From the IMG/VR virus record IMGVR_UViG_3300009488_000022, positions 1 through 54,529 of that record: DNA of 54,529 bases; one strand, 5' to 3'. Numbering within the stretch: the first letter of the stretch is position 1; every line of letters begins with the position of its first letter. Both the position numbers and the translations under genes were made by a program. Positions 37,411 to 49,188 of this stretch are shown here, piece by piece. This DNA is from a virus (lineage: Duplodnaviria > Caudoviricetes). Below the pieces are notes generated by a model that saw nothing but the letters and a program-made list of their open reading frames with translations, did not search any database and had not been told where the DNA came from.

Positions 37411-39421
37411 CTAAGTTCTGCCATCGGCTGCCTCCTCGCGCGTGAGGCCGCAGGGCAGGGCGTCGGGGGCGGGTTCTAGTTCTGCCCAGGTCACTGATAG
37501 AGCAGCGTGGATAGCAAGTCTTATGTCGGATACTCGATGGTCTTCTCGCTGGACCAAATCTGTCCATTTTAATTGACCTGGGTATAATCCAGTGTCCCAG
37601 TAGGCAGCACAGGCTTTTTCTATGATGTGATCAGGAATGCTAAGCAGGAATTCTGGCTCACTCTTTTTGAGATGATAGACTGTCATCCCGCCTCCTCCTC
37701 CGGCTCCAGTTGGGCCAGGCGCGTTTCAATTTCATCTAGTGCACTACCGGCATGTATCTTTAACCATCGTATTGAGACGTACCACTTTAGTACCTTTATT
37801 ACCTCTAATGCTCCCGTCGCCACTTTTAGGCACTCCCCCCTGACGCGGTTCTCGCGCATCACCCGCGCCAGCATCCGCTGCGAGGCTTCGTAGCGGAGTT
37901 GCCAATAGCCCGCCAGGGTATAGGTGGCGTCGCGCTCATTTATCTGGTCAACGCACCAGGTCACATCGTCGTGGACGAGGTTGAGCAATTCTTCAGTTTC
38001 ATCATAGCATTGTAGGTATATGGTCTCAGGTGGTTTAGTCATTGGTTTTCTCCTCTGTCGCCCGAACCGTCGGCTTGCCCCGCGCCACCACGCCAGCCGG
38101 TAGCACGCCGTCACCGCTGTCTGTGATGCCGTCCCATTTGTACCAGCAGCCTGGTCTTTGACATGCCCACCATCCGGCTTGTGTCTTGCCCGTATCTATA
38201 AGGTCACGGTATGCACATCGTGGTACTCGCCGAGTTTCACGATAGACGCGGCTACTCTCACAGCGCGGGCAGGCTGGCTCAGGCATCTTCCCTCACCGCG
38301 AAGTAGTGATGCTGGAGCGTTGCTTTATTCGCTATCACCTGGGCACCGCCCCCTGACGTCATTACAGTTGTTAGTCCTGTCTCGACTTCTGACGGATGAA
38401 CGTAGACGGTATTAGCCCGTGTGCCAAATTTAATCCAGTGGCGACCACAAGCGGCTTGCACCTTCTCGTCCAGGGTGCGGACAGGATCATCGTCAAACCA
38501 CAAGACGCCGATGCTCATTCTGCCTCCTCCAGCGCCTCCCTGATGCGGGCGGCGAGGGCATAGATTTCATCGTTCTCTGTAGCATTTGCCAGCACTTCCA
38601 GCATCTCCGCCAGTTCTGGCGTCACTAATTCCACCAACTCACCTGCCGCTACTATTGCCTCGCTGCGTATCCGACTGGCAACGTTAATGGAACTATAAAA
38701 CGGCTCTGTGCATTGTATCTTACACTGCCGTACCAGGTCTCTCCAAGCATCTTGCTGTTTAGTGTTCATCTAGCGCCTCCCTGATCTGTGCTGCGAGGGC
38801 GCGGACTTTCATCTGATCTTTTAGCGGTATCCAGGCAGAGCTTAATCGCACCAGCAGCCTCTCCAGCCCCGGCGTCACCAGCCCCGCCAGTGCCTCGGCG
38901 CGGGTGGCGCGTTGGGCCATCTCTCGTAGCAGTTGGCGCTTGCTATTCAGTATCCGTTTTTGCTCCCGCCTCAACGCCCGCTCAGTACGCACGGTCTGCG
39001 CCAGTTCACAGCACGCCTTGTCGTGGACGTGCGCGGCGAGTTCGGCGTCGGCCTGTGCTACTACCGCCTGTGCCAACTGCCGCTGCAGCCCCACCGCCTC
39101 CGCCGGGCTGAGCCAGTGCTCCTGGACTTCGTCGCTTTGCTCCTGCGCCTCTTTGCGCGCCTCGTCACGTTCGGCCTCGGCCTCCAGCGCCTTGTCATAC
39201 CAATAGTCACGGTTGTCTGTCAGGTCTGCCAACTGCTGCCCAAGCGCCCGGTTTGCGCCTCGCAGGTCTTTCAGTTCGTTGCGCAATTGCGTCGCGCCCG
39301 CCCGGTTGAGCCAGAGTTTTTTGACTTGCCTTAGCTCAATGTGGGCCTGCGCCAGTTCAGCGCGCAATTGCTCAACTGTCTCTTTGTCGCTCATCCTGCC
39401 TCCTCCTTGTCTCTGCCTCAT
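37411..39421 (-). CDS. Chain of small overlapping hypothetical ORFs (37411-37686, 37683-~38042, 38035-38286 Zn-ribbon, 38279-38518, 38515-38769, 38759-~39394 coiled coil)
   Basis: ATGA-type overlaps and GGAGG RBSs; CPRC/CQRPGC in 38035-38286. Confidence 0.55.
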
Positions 39422-39541
39422 CCCACTTTAACAATGCTGCTCGGTATTCCCGCTCTTTAGCAGCAGCCGCCCGTCGCGCCTCGACTACTATGAGCCACAG
39501 TTGCTCAGTTTCAGCGAGTAAGGTCTTAACTGCTTGTTGGT

Positions 39542-40066
39542 TCATAACACCTCGCGCATTGCCGCATGTACTCTTGCCGGCTGCTCGCCAGAGATTGGCA
39601 AGCCAGCGACGGTGACGGTGCCGGTTGGCACGTGCCATTCTTTGACTATGACCTCACCGGCGAACTGGCAAGAGGATAGGTGCTTGCCTTTGAGGCTACC
39701 ATAAATATCCCTCACGTCCCGCGCTGACAAGCCTTCCGCCAGTGCCCGTTCCAGCCACGCTTGGGGATCATCTGTCTCCATTAAGGCGTTCCACAGGCTC
39801 AGCGGCACATCTGGCGTGATTTCATCCGCGCCGAACGTCTCAAATATTCGCGCCAGCGTTTTCACAGATTGCGCTGAGCAGCCCCACGTGCTCGCCAGCC
39901 AGCGGGTGAGGCAAGGTGGCGGGTCTTCGTTGCGATGGGCAAGGTCGTGCAATACGGCAAAGCTTGCTAGTCGTGTTTCATCTACAAAGGTTTCGGTTTT
40001 GCGTTCCTTTGTCAGCAGCGCCCACGCCTCAAAGGTGCTCAAGTCTATTGTCATCGCTCCCTCCAC
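39542..40066 (-). CDS. Hypothetical protein (helical, possible DNA-binding)
   Basis: WLERALAEGLSARDVR pattern. Confidence 0.55.
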   Translation of the reverse strand: MEGAMTIDLSTFEAWALLTKERKTETFVDETRLASFAVLHDLAHRNEDPPPCLTRWLASTWGCSAQSVKTLARIFETFGADEITPDVPLSLWNALMETDDPQAWLERALAEGLSARDVRDIYGSLKGKHLSSCQFAGEVIVKEWHVPTGTVTVAGLPISGEQPARVHAAMREVL

Positions 40067-40691
40067 GCCTGCCGCGAGTACTCGCAGCGGGCTTCCAGTT
40101 CCACAGCGCCAGCGCCGCGAAACCGGTGAATAGAAAGGCGCAGAGGGCTAGGAAGTTTGCTAGGCTTCCGGGTTGCATTAGTCCTCCTCCAACCATTCCA
40201 AGTGAACCTCCAGCGCGTCAAATATGCGAATGATGACTCCCTCGTTTTTGTCATAGACATCGTAGAACCACTTGTCACCCTCGCCGCGAGCGGGGTGCTC
40301 CTCAATTCGCTCGCAATTAGCACCCGCAATGTATTCCACGCCGCGTTGCGTTTTCAGATAAATGATGTTATCCATAGTTCTCCTTTCCATCGGCAACGGG
40401 CCTGCCATGAGAGTACTCTCGCGGTGGATGCGCCGCCCGCGCTATCAGCGCCCCGTCCCTTTTCCGGGGACGATCTCTCATTGAGAGACACGGCCGCTAC
40501 TCGGCTACGGCCTCGCCCTTTTTTCATCCGAGAGGCTCCGCACCTTGCCCGTGCGTGGGGGGCGCTATGTGATTGTTAAGTCCGAGCCGCCGACGCGCCC
40601 GCTGCGAGCCCCGCCGCGAGAGCCCCGCCACGAGTATCGCGGTGGTACTCTCGCGGTGGTACTCGCGGCAGAGCCAGCGGCCCGGATGCTG

Positions 40692-41066
40692 TTAATCCTG
40701 CCTTGCGCTTGCGTACAGCGACGCTTTTAGCAGGCCCAGCGTATCCCCCAGCGCGGCAACCTGCGCCTGGGCTATCTTCATGTCGCTTAGCGCCTGCATA
40801 GAGGAGCGGTATGCCCCCTGGTAGATTCCATCGTGCCCCAGCGCAATTATCAGCGCCCGCTTGCGAGCGTTTTCATTCGCACCTAGTGACTTTACCCCAC
40901 CAGCAGCCACGATAGCGCGGTTTTCAGCAAGCGCGCCAGCAAGCGTCAGGCTCTGCTCACTCTCAGCAAGTGCGAGAACGGCGACTATGTGCGCATGGCG
41001 CGCCTCGTCAAGCGCCTTTATAACACCTGTTCCGCTTTCGATCAACTCTTGAATATCGCCACTCAT
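40692..41066 (-). CDS. Hypothetical protein
   Basis: AAAGGAGAG RBS; GANENARK motif. Confidence 0.6.
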   Translation of the reverse strand: MSGDIQELIESGTGVIKALDEARHAHIVAVLALAESEQSLTLAGALAENRAIVAAGGVKSLGANENARKRALIIALGHDGIYQGAYRSSMQALSDMKIAQAQVAALGDTLGLLKASLYASARQD

Positions 41067-41225
41067 TGCTATTCTCTCCTTTCCGAGCCCAGCGGCCCGG
41101 CTACTATTCAGGCATACAGCCGCGCTAGTGACATGGCTACAGATGCGACGAAGGCGAGGGCGGCGAACCAGGCGATTATACAGGCGATCGTCTTAAACAC
41201 CCGATACCAATTTACCTTTTTCATC

Positions 41226-42287
41226 TCAACCTACCTCGCCTTCATGATTATACTCACTCAATATAATCCACACGTCCCCCCGGTTGAACTCGCAATCTCC
41301 GGCGGCATCAGAGACGGGCGAGACGCCCGCTTTTTGCAGAATATCAATCACGTGGTACATATCGCGATAGCCCAGTTCCTTCACTACCTTGTCAGCATAG
41401 GCTTTCCAGGCGATAGGGAAGTTGGGGCCGTTGCCCTCTTCCGCTTCTGGCTCACCGCCACGGGTACTCGCGGTGGCAGGCTCTTCAGTCTCAATTGGCT
41501 TAACGTCCACGATCTCACCCGTTACCTCATCTACGAATGCGGCTACGTATGCCTCTTCGTCAAATTCCTCGGCTTCTGGCAGGGGCAATTCGGCAATAGG
41601 GGGATAAGAAGGCAGAGCTGCCGCCTCCATCGCCGTCAATTGCGCCTTGACCCATCTCTGATCGGCCTCAATGGACAAGAGCCACTTCTCTTGACGCACC
41701 CGCTTGCCGCCCTTTCGTGGCGTGCTCACCTTGCGCGGACGGCGTTTCAGTACCAGCGGAATGCCCTGAAGTCCGTTGCCGGTCAACTTGCACAGCGCGC
41801 CCAGGTTGCGCGTCAATTCAATAATGTCCCATTTGCTAGTCGTGTGAACTGTGACGTAGCCCAGTCGTTGCAGTTCGGGGATGATGATCTTGAGGCGTCC
41901 CGTCTCTTTACAACCCTTGCAGATTGGCGCTGGGCAGTCCTTCGGTACATGCCGCATCTTGCCGGTATCATCACGCCACATGTAGCACTTGCCGCCCTCA
42001 ATGTCGCCCCGACACTGGAGCGCGCCCGCCGTATGGCGTTCCATGTACGTTTCAAAGTTGCGACTGACTTCGCTAAAAGGGAGAAGAACGTTAATCGCGC
42101 GGGGTTCATCTCCATATACTTCGTGAAAAGTTGCTTCTGCTAACTCTTCTCCTACAATAGGCGCATATCGAAAGTACGTCAAATCTGGTCCTACTTGGCC
42201 GTTTTCCTTCTTTGGCGCGCCCTTGCGAATATCTCCGATCTTGGGGAAACTTACGGCTTGCTGATCTCTCAATCCTGGAATAGGCAT
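41226..42287 (-). CDS. Gp3-like 'recombination directionality factor-like' Zn-binding protein
   Basis: FPKIGDIRKG..K, DLTYFR, YGDEPR.I.V, LQCRGD, CK..GRL..IIPEL..LGY..VHTTS. Confidence 0.7.
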   Translation of the reverse strand: MPIPGLRDQQAVSFPKIGDIRKGAPKKENGQVGPDLTYFRYAPIVGEELAEATFHEVYGDEPRAINVLLPFSEVSRNFETYMERHTAGALQCRGDIEGGKCYMWRDDTGKMRHVPKDCPAPICKGCKETGRLKIIIPELQRLGYVTVHTTSKWDIIELTRNLGALCKLTGNGLQGIPLVLKRRPRKVSTPRKGGKRVRQEKWLLSIEADQRWVKAQLTAMEAAALPSYPPIAELPLPEAEEFDEEAYVAAFVDEVTGEIVDVKPIETEEPATASTRGGEPEAEEGNGPNFPIAWKAYADKVVKELGYRDMYHVIDILQKAGVSPVSDAAGDCEFNRGDVWIILSEYNHEGEVG

Positions 42288-42302
42288 TACTAATCTCTCC
42301 TT

Positions 42303-42632
42303 TTAGATTTCCATAGGCTCAGGCAGCCCCAACGGAACCAGCACGGCGGGGCCGCTGTCTATCTGCTCATATCCTAACGCCGCCGCCAGTTCAGGCGGCA
42401 ATCCCTCCAATACCTCCAGCGCCTCCCACTTCTGGCGCTGGTACTCTCGCTCGTGGATGAAGTCCTGACCGCCGCAACTTCGGCAAGACGGATACCAACC
42501 CTCCTCCTCGCTCCACCTGGTAACAACGCGCCCGCCGCAATCGTTGCAACGATAGTCGCGCTCTAGCCGGGCGTATGAGATGCGCTTGTGTCCTAATTGG
42601 CAATCATTGCGGGTGAAGTCGGTTGCTTCCAC
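42303..42632 (-). CDS. Zn-ribbon protein
   Basis: CNDCGG...CRSCGG; AAAGGAG RBS. Confidence 0.6.
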   Translation of the reverse strand: MEATDFTRNDCQLGHKRISYARLERDYRCNDCGGRVVTRWSEEEGWYPSCRSCGGQDFIHEREYQRQKWEALEVLEGLPPELAAALGYEQIDSGPAVLVPLGLPEPMEI

Positions 42633-42789
42633 GAGGGTTCTCCTTTGCTAATTTCAGCACAGCCGCCGGGGAGCCAGCCCGCGCTGCTGTGCCGTAACTG
42701 CATATTCGTGTGTTTTGTTTGAATTTGGACTGTCATTATGGCTAGTGACCTCCTTTTGTTGCGTGTTGAGCCAAAACCTATCTTGACTT

Positions 42790-42818
42790 ATTATAACACA
42801 AAATGAGGGGTTTGTCAA
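42790..42818 (-). promoter_or_regulatory. sigma70 promoter
   Basis: TTGACA-17-TATAAT with TG. Confidence 0.85.
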
Positions 42819-42827
42819 GTATTAGTT

Positions 42828-45800
42828 TCATCGTTTCCCCCTCTGCGCCCGCCGCGCCTGCCTCTGGCGCTTGCGAGCCAGGCGCTTTTTCATGCGCCAG
42901 TTGCGCTGTGGACTTTTGGCGCGCCCGTGCTTGCTCGCACCGGCGGCGCGCCTTGCGCCTTGCTGGCCGCCACCCAGGGCATCAGTTAGGCGTTCAAACC
43001 AATTACGCTTTTTCATCGCCTTGCTCTCCTTTCACCGCTGCTATGGCGGTATTTGCGTATGCCCTTACCGCTTGCCAATCTGCCCACGTCGCCGGAACCT
43101 TAGGTGCTTCGATGATTTGCAATATACGTTCCGCCTTATCACGAATAGCCTCCAGCGCCTCCAGTAGCAGCGGCGCTTTCAGGATGAGCCTGAAGTTGGC
43201 CTCGCCCTCGGACCAGGGCTCGGTGCCGTCAGCAATATATAGGTTCACCCGCACGGTGCCAACAGGATGGCCGTCTTTCTCCTTGACAATCTCTCGTCGT
43301 ATCTTTCCGTACATGCCGCCATCTTTCCAGATAGTCATCGTCCCTCCCTCCATTCCGCGAATATCGGTAGCGCAGTCTCTGGGATGCGCCACGCGCCGCC
43401 CCCTCCCCTGGCCCCCTTTCCCCGCACCTTCACCGCGCCGGGGAACCTGCCTGCGCGGCACCAGATACCCATCATCTGGCTGGACGGGGCTTCGTCGAAC
43501 GCGCCCATCTCCACCAGGCGCTCGGCGCCCTGGGCGATAGTGTACCAGTTGCCCAGGCCTTCGGCGATTAACGCCACTGCCTCATCCAGCGCCTCTGCTA
43601 CATAGGAAGTTTTTGGTACTTCGACAAACCACCGGCCACTCACTATACTCTGTCTAGCAAATGCTGTGCTCATAACACCGTTGATGCTGACATAGATAGC
43701 ATCACCGATCTTCACTATTTCAAACTCCACCATTCTTCTCCTCCTTGAGCCGCGCCTGGCACTCGCTCGCCGTTTCTGCGGGCGGCGGCAGGCGCTCCAG
43801 CAGCCGCTCTATTAGTGTAACCAGTGCGCGATTGGTCTCCACCTGTGCAATCAGCGCGTGGGCGATAGCCATCAGCGCATTGAATTGTGAGCGGTCAATG
43901 TTACTGTATATAGCCCGCTCAAGATGTATCTCTGCATCTTTCAGGTGTTTCATCGTTTCCTCCTTGTCAGGTATCCCGCCCCGGCACGGCGAAACTTGCT
44001 GCGAGTCTCCGTGGCAGGCAGGCGCGCCGGGGCGGGGGGCTGTCATTCCGCTTTCGCCGCATCTACAAGGCGGCGGTATTCCTGCCAGAACGGGCCGTGG
44101 TCACGGGCTAGTGGGCTCGTTTGTCCAAACTGAGATATGGCTTGCGCGGCCACTATAGGTGTCCTTGCCTGTTACTATGTCAAAGCCTGTTTCCCTAGTG
44201 GCTTGGCGGATAAACTCTGCGTTTTCGGCTGGTATATTAGTGTGAAATCTTGGTATTTGTTTGCGTGCATCATCTATGTTCATCTCATCCCTCCCCCGCG
44301 CTATCGCGGGCGTCTGTGATCTGGCTTCTCGGCTCCTCGGCGGCCAGGGCCTCGTAGTCGGGGGACATTGGGTCAGCGTTATCACGCCAGTTCAGAACTT
44401 CCCATAATGTCATCAGTGCGAATTCCTCCGGTATAACCCTGGTCCAATTGCAAGTCCAGCACTGGTGAAATATGCGCTCATCACCGTCTGGCCCGCGATA
44501 CCAGCGGTTGCGGTTGATGTCATACGGATCCATTCTGGCAATTGTATCCTGATGCACTGACCTCATCCCGTCCGGCGACATGCACTGGTGGCAGCCCGTG
44601 AACTTGCCCCTGCCGCCGAGGCGGGCCAGGGTGGACTCGTGGCGGCGGTCTTCTCGCTCCAGGTCAAGACGTTGCTCTAGCTCTATGGTCATTATTCTAC
44701 CTCCGCACTGACAGGTTGACGGCGTTTGTCGCTGCTGGCTCAATGACAAGGCCGCCCAGGGCATGCACGCGCACCTTGCCATCACGCAGTGCAAATTCTA
44801 TAACGCCGCCGCCTATCCGAAACGTCACAGTTGCCCGATCTGGGATGCCGTGAACTTTGTCGCCAAATACAACTTGGAATGTTATCTTGGCGTTGCCATC
44901 TGCGATCTTGCCACGCTCGGCACGCAGCGCGGCATTGTCACGGCGCAGTTTGCCGATGTACCGCTGTACCCACTGCGGCAACTTTTCAATTCGCCGTTCA
45001 AATTTCTCGTTCATCACTTCCTCCTTGGTTGCGCTCCCGTCCCAGCGCCGGGGCCGGGGCGGGAGGGGCGGGTTAGTCAATACTTGGTTCATAGATTGCG
45101 TCTACGGCGTTCCAAAAGCGGTCATGCGGCCATTCCGGGTCGTGCTCGTCGATGAGGTCATCACGCATTGCCCGCGCCTTCTTCCAGGCCGCAGTGTGCC
45201 AAAAGCGGACGTGTATCATCGCGGCTTTGCGCAGCGGATCAACTTGCATCTGGATGTCCTTGATGGTCATCGCTTTCTCCTTTGCACCAACGCGATGAGG
45301 GCCGAGGCCCTGCGTTGTTTTTACCAGTAGCGTTCTGGCCAAGTGTTACTTGTCAGGCATTGTCTAACATAGGTGGGTAGAGACTCGCCAGCAAAGAATT
45401 TGTCGAGCCAATCTTCCATGTATGCCTCTATGGCATCATCCCCGACAATCCCCTTGGCGCACCCGTATTTGCATACTGTGCACCGGAGATGACCACACCC
45501 ATGCCATCCCTTGCCCTTAGCGGTTAGCACTTCATAGGTGCTATATCCGCCACCGCAAGTCTTTTTGCGCATCTGTGCGACGCGCTGGGCCGGGATGCAA
45601 TATTGCGCTGCTATTTGGTTGATTTTTTCCCTGTCTATTATTAGCTTTGTATCCACTTCTCATTCTCCTTTAGGTTTAATATTGTCCCCCAGCCTCCCCG
45701 GTGGCGCTTGCGTACCCGACTCTGCGCCGGGCGGGCCGCCGCGAAGACTCCACCGCGAGTACTCGCGGCAGGCGCAGCGGGCGCGTGTTGATGACGCGGG

Positions 45801-47961
45801 TCAAGGGCTGACTTTGGCTTTGGGCGGATACTGCCCAATCCTTTGCCCGTCCTCCCAGAAGGCGATCACGGGATTTGTGAAGTATCTCCCGCGAATTCTC
45901 CACGCTTCCAACTCTGCCCCCTTCACTGAGGAGGCTGTACTTACTACTTTCCCTTGTTCGTCTTTCAGTATAATCACCTGTCTCTCCTTTTATAGGCTCG
46001 GCTGCCGCGCGTCGATAGCGCGGGGCGAGGGCGGCTATAGCGGCTCTAATCCTGCCAGCCGATAGAAGCCAGTTATGCCCTGATTACGTGCTTTTGCGAA
46101 GGGCACGCTCTCATATTCGCGATGGATCTCATAATCGAGATACGCACGGTCTTCGATGATGCCTTCACTGAGCTCGCTCGCCTCTTCCATGAGATCGGCT
46201 ATGTCGGTGTAGTCTGCGTGTTCAGCGCATGCCGTCTCCAGTTCGCTGATCTCACGATCAAGTTGTGCAAGTTTCCTCCGCCCGGCCTTGATACGGTCAA
46301 TCGTGTTTTGATAATCTTCTACGAGTTCTTGGTACTTTGTCATTGCTTTCTCCTTTTCTGTGATTGCCACCACCTGCGACTGCCACGAAGACTGCGGCAG
46401 GCCCAGGCGGCGGGGGCTGTTATCGATTCTTGCGTCGGGCCCTGCGCTGTCGTTTGCGCTTGGCCTTGCGTTTCTTAGCTTGTGACCTGGAACGTCTCTC
46501 CTTGCTTGGGATACGCCAGGCCGGGACCTGGGATGCTCTCTCCTGAGACTCTTCTCTCAGTGCCAGTGCCAGGGCTAACATCATTGCATCTACGCTAGCA
46601 TTACGAGCCATTATCTCCTCCTCTGTTGTCTCCTGCGCCAGCGCGGTCGCACGGGGCCGCGCGCTAACTGCAATCTTCACAAGTCGCCTCGCCGAAAAAC
46701 CCTGTCTTGCTGACGGGCTGTCCGCAATAGTGGCACGCTTGCCGTTGCTGTTCCTGTGCTCTGCCCTGGGCATTAGCCCGATCCCAGTATTTGTCACAGG
46801 CCGTATTCAGTGCGGCGATATTCACGTGGGCTGTGCGTTTCTCACCGCCATACGCGCCCTTGCACGTATCTGTGATGGTTGCTAGTCCTGCGCTGACAAG
46901 TTGCCTAATAATGTCTCCGTCAGTGCACTCTAGCCACAAGCGCGTTCGCGTGCTCACCGGGCAATCGCTGAACCCGTAATGGGTTTTCCCGCTCTCGTCT
47001 ACCCAGGTGCAGCCCCAGGTGTTGCTCAGTTCTTGAATTGTGACCTCTGCTTGCTTAGTCATTGCCGCCTCCTTTTGTGAATTGATTAGTTTACCTCTGT
47101 CCCTGTTGATTGCCGGGGAAGATACTGGGCTACTTCCCTTACTCCCCTCTTTGTGTCCCAGTCGGGCCAGCAATCAGCAGGGGCCGAGGGGCCGCTGCCT
47201 GCGCGTTTCAATGATTAGCGATGCCGGTTCCCCCTCTCCGGCCTCCTCAGCGTTTCCCGTTTGCCTCACGGCTCCGGCGCAAGTTCCCCGCAGGCGCTCA
47301 CATTTGCCTGCGTGCTGGATTTTACCAGCCCCCTCGCTAATCATTTTGCTGCCTGCGCGTCCGCTGCGAGTACTCGCGGCAGGTTTGGGCCAGGTCGCGC
47401 AACTGGTGGCCCCTGGCTAGATTGCAATTACCTGAGCCGTCTTGGCTAGAGTTTCTATTCTCTGAAGACGATTTTGAACAGGGATGTAATCCCCGTCCTC
47501 GTCAGTGACGAACTGTGCTACCTCGTCGCCGTCGGGATAGTCGGCGCAGGCATCGCCGTAATACTCGACGCCGTCATCAGAGCGGATGGCGACGTTCACG
47601 CTGCTGTCGCCGGGGAATGCGTCCATCTCACTTTCTGTCAAGTTACGAACGTTCTGGTCTTTCATTCTTTTCTCCTTGTATTGTAGATGTTGGGTTAATT
47701 CTCAACCCACTGCTGAATATTAGAAAAGTCTGCGTCGGGATATTGCTGCCAGGTGACGCCCTCGCCGCTAGCATTGAAAGCGCCGCTGTCTCGATCCAGA
47801 ACTGTGATGCTCGGAACCGATCGGCGGCCTTCGCGCTTGCTAGCAACTACTAAGCCAAGGTCGTCGAATATTCGGTTTGCGTCGCCGTGACCGCTGGCCG
47901 TGAGGTTCAAGGCGTCAAGTACCATTTGCTGCGCTGCTCCTACTGGATAGTCTCTCATCAT
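42828..47961 (-). CDS. Array of about 15 small early hypothetical ORFs, each with a strong RBS (includes unlisted 45801-45977, 58 aa, and two Arg/Lys-rich ORFs ending at 42828 and 46420)
   Basis: Consecutive minus-strand ORFs with AAGGAG RBSs separated by GC-rich hairpins. Confidence 0.55.
43335..43733 (-). CDS. Excisionase/MerR-like HTH DNA-binding protein
   Basis: WYTIAQGAE...IWCRAGRFPGAVK....WRIP. Confidence 0.7.
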   Translation of the reverse strand: MVEFEIVKIGDAIYVSINGVMSTAFARQSIVSGRWFVEVPKTSYVAEALDEAVALIAEGLGNWYTIAQGAERLVEMGAFDEAPSSQMMGIWCRAGRFPGAVKVRGKGARGGGGAWRIPETALPIFAEWREGR

Positions 47962-48190
47962 ATTCTCCTTTTAGGGTTTCGAGTAGATGCTCTCATTCAG
48001 GCTGGCCCCAATTGCCAGCGACCCTGCCCACCCGCCTCCTCCGGCGCTTGGGCTATCTCCAATCTTCTGGCCGTCCATCTCTGTTAGTCTCCGCTTCGTG
48101 CCTTCCTCCGTCTCCGCGTCCTGTCCTCTCCACTTTCGGCTTTTAGATTTTCACTCTTGTTAATCTGCTTTATTCCTTTACTCTGATATT

Positions 48191-48219
48191 ATTATACCAT
48201 ATTACAAGAGCAAAGTCAA
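48191..48219 (-). promoter_or_regulatory. Early sigma70 promoter
   Basis: TTGACT-17-TATAAT with TG; AT-rich UP region. Confidence 0.8.
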
Positions 48220-48279
48220 TAGAAAAGTTAGAGCCACGGTTTGAAAGTTGTTAACGTTTTGAGGGAATTCCTTAGACGC

Positions 48280-48316
48280 AAAAAGGCCCGGCACCTCTCA
48301 GCGCCGGGCCTCTTTG
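48280..48316. terminator. Intrinsic terminator (probably bidirectional)
   Basis: AAAAA-GGCCCGGC...GCCGGGCC-TCTTTG. Confidence 0.8.
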
Positions 48317-48334
48317 TCCGCTCCATAGGTTCTA

Positions 48335-48721
48335 CTAGGGCCGCGAAGGATTGTCACGGCTATCCATGATTGCAACCATTTCCTCTAGCCACGGCCCCAG
48401 CGCCGCTTCCAGTTTCTCGATGCGCTTGGTTTGCTCAGCGACTCGTTGCTGTGAGGCATAGACCGCACTGCCTATGTCGTGTGTCGCCGCCGTGCATGCG
48501 ATGACCTGTGTCCTGTCTCGTGCTGCCCGTTCCTCCAGTTGCTCGATGTGCTCAGCGTGCTCAATGACAATTTCCCACAGGCTCTTGATCCGCTCGCCAT
48601 ACTCAGTATCAACGCCTCGCAGTTTGATAATAGCCGCAGCGTCGTGGCCGGTGGCGGACCTCAGCAGCATCACCTGCCGCTCCAGTTTCTCGATGCGCTT
48701 GGTTTGCTCAGTTTGGTTCAT
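48335..48721 (-). CDS. Coiled-coil protein
   Basis: AAAGGAG RBS before MNQTEQ; repeated EQTKRIEKLE. Confidence 0.6.
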   Translation of the reverse strand: MNQTEQTKRIEKLERQVMLLRSATGHDAAAIIKLRGVDTEYGERIKSLWEIVIEHAEHIEQLEERAARDRTQVIACTAATHDIGSAVYASQQRVAEQTKRIEKLEAALGPWLEEMVAIMDSRDNPSRP

Positions 48722-48816
48722 TCGTCTCCTTTCGTTACTAATTCCAGCGCCGCCTGCGTCTGCCGCGCAGGGCTCGCAGCAGGCTCCAGCGTCAGGCCGG
48801 GGAGCGGGGGCTGGGT

Positions 48817-49188
48817 TCATCGTTTTGGCCTATACCGCCCCCACTTGCGATCCATGTCTTTTTCATTTCGTTTTCGTCTGCGCCGCTCAATCTTAAGTTG
48901 GTATTCGCTCATCTTGGGCTTGGGCTTCTGCGGGGCCTCGTAGCGTTGCCGCAAGTCGCAGTCTGGGTTCTTGCGCATCTCATCGGCCACCCAGTGGCAG
49001 GGCTTGCACAAGACAATGAGGTCATCGGAGTATTCACACCCAAGCCTTTCATAAGTCAGGTGATGCACGGATAGCCTACCCCTTTCACCGCAATACTCGC
49101 AGCGATGCTTGACGGCTTCTAGTTTTACCAGCCTGCGCCGCCGCCAAGCCTCAGAGTGCATATACTCACGATACTGCCTAGAATGCAT
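48817..49188 (-). CDS. HNH endonuclease (HNHc, Zn-binding)
   Basis: Y..YMHSEAW, RCEYCG, VHHLTY, DLIVLCKPCH. Confidence 0.85.
   Translation of the reverse strand: MHSRQYREYMHSEAWRRRRLVKLEAVKHRCEYCGERGRLSVHHLTYERLGCEYSDDLIVLCKPCHWVADEMRKNPDCDLRQRYEAPQKPKPKMSEYQLKIERRRRKRNEKDMDRKWGRYRPKR

Noticed and set aside
40989-42143. Long plus-strand 384-aa ORF (and similar shadows such as 49670-50701 and 2242-3009 on the minus strand)
   Set aside because: Antisense to motif-supported genes in GC-rich DNA; no RBS or recognisable motifs.
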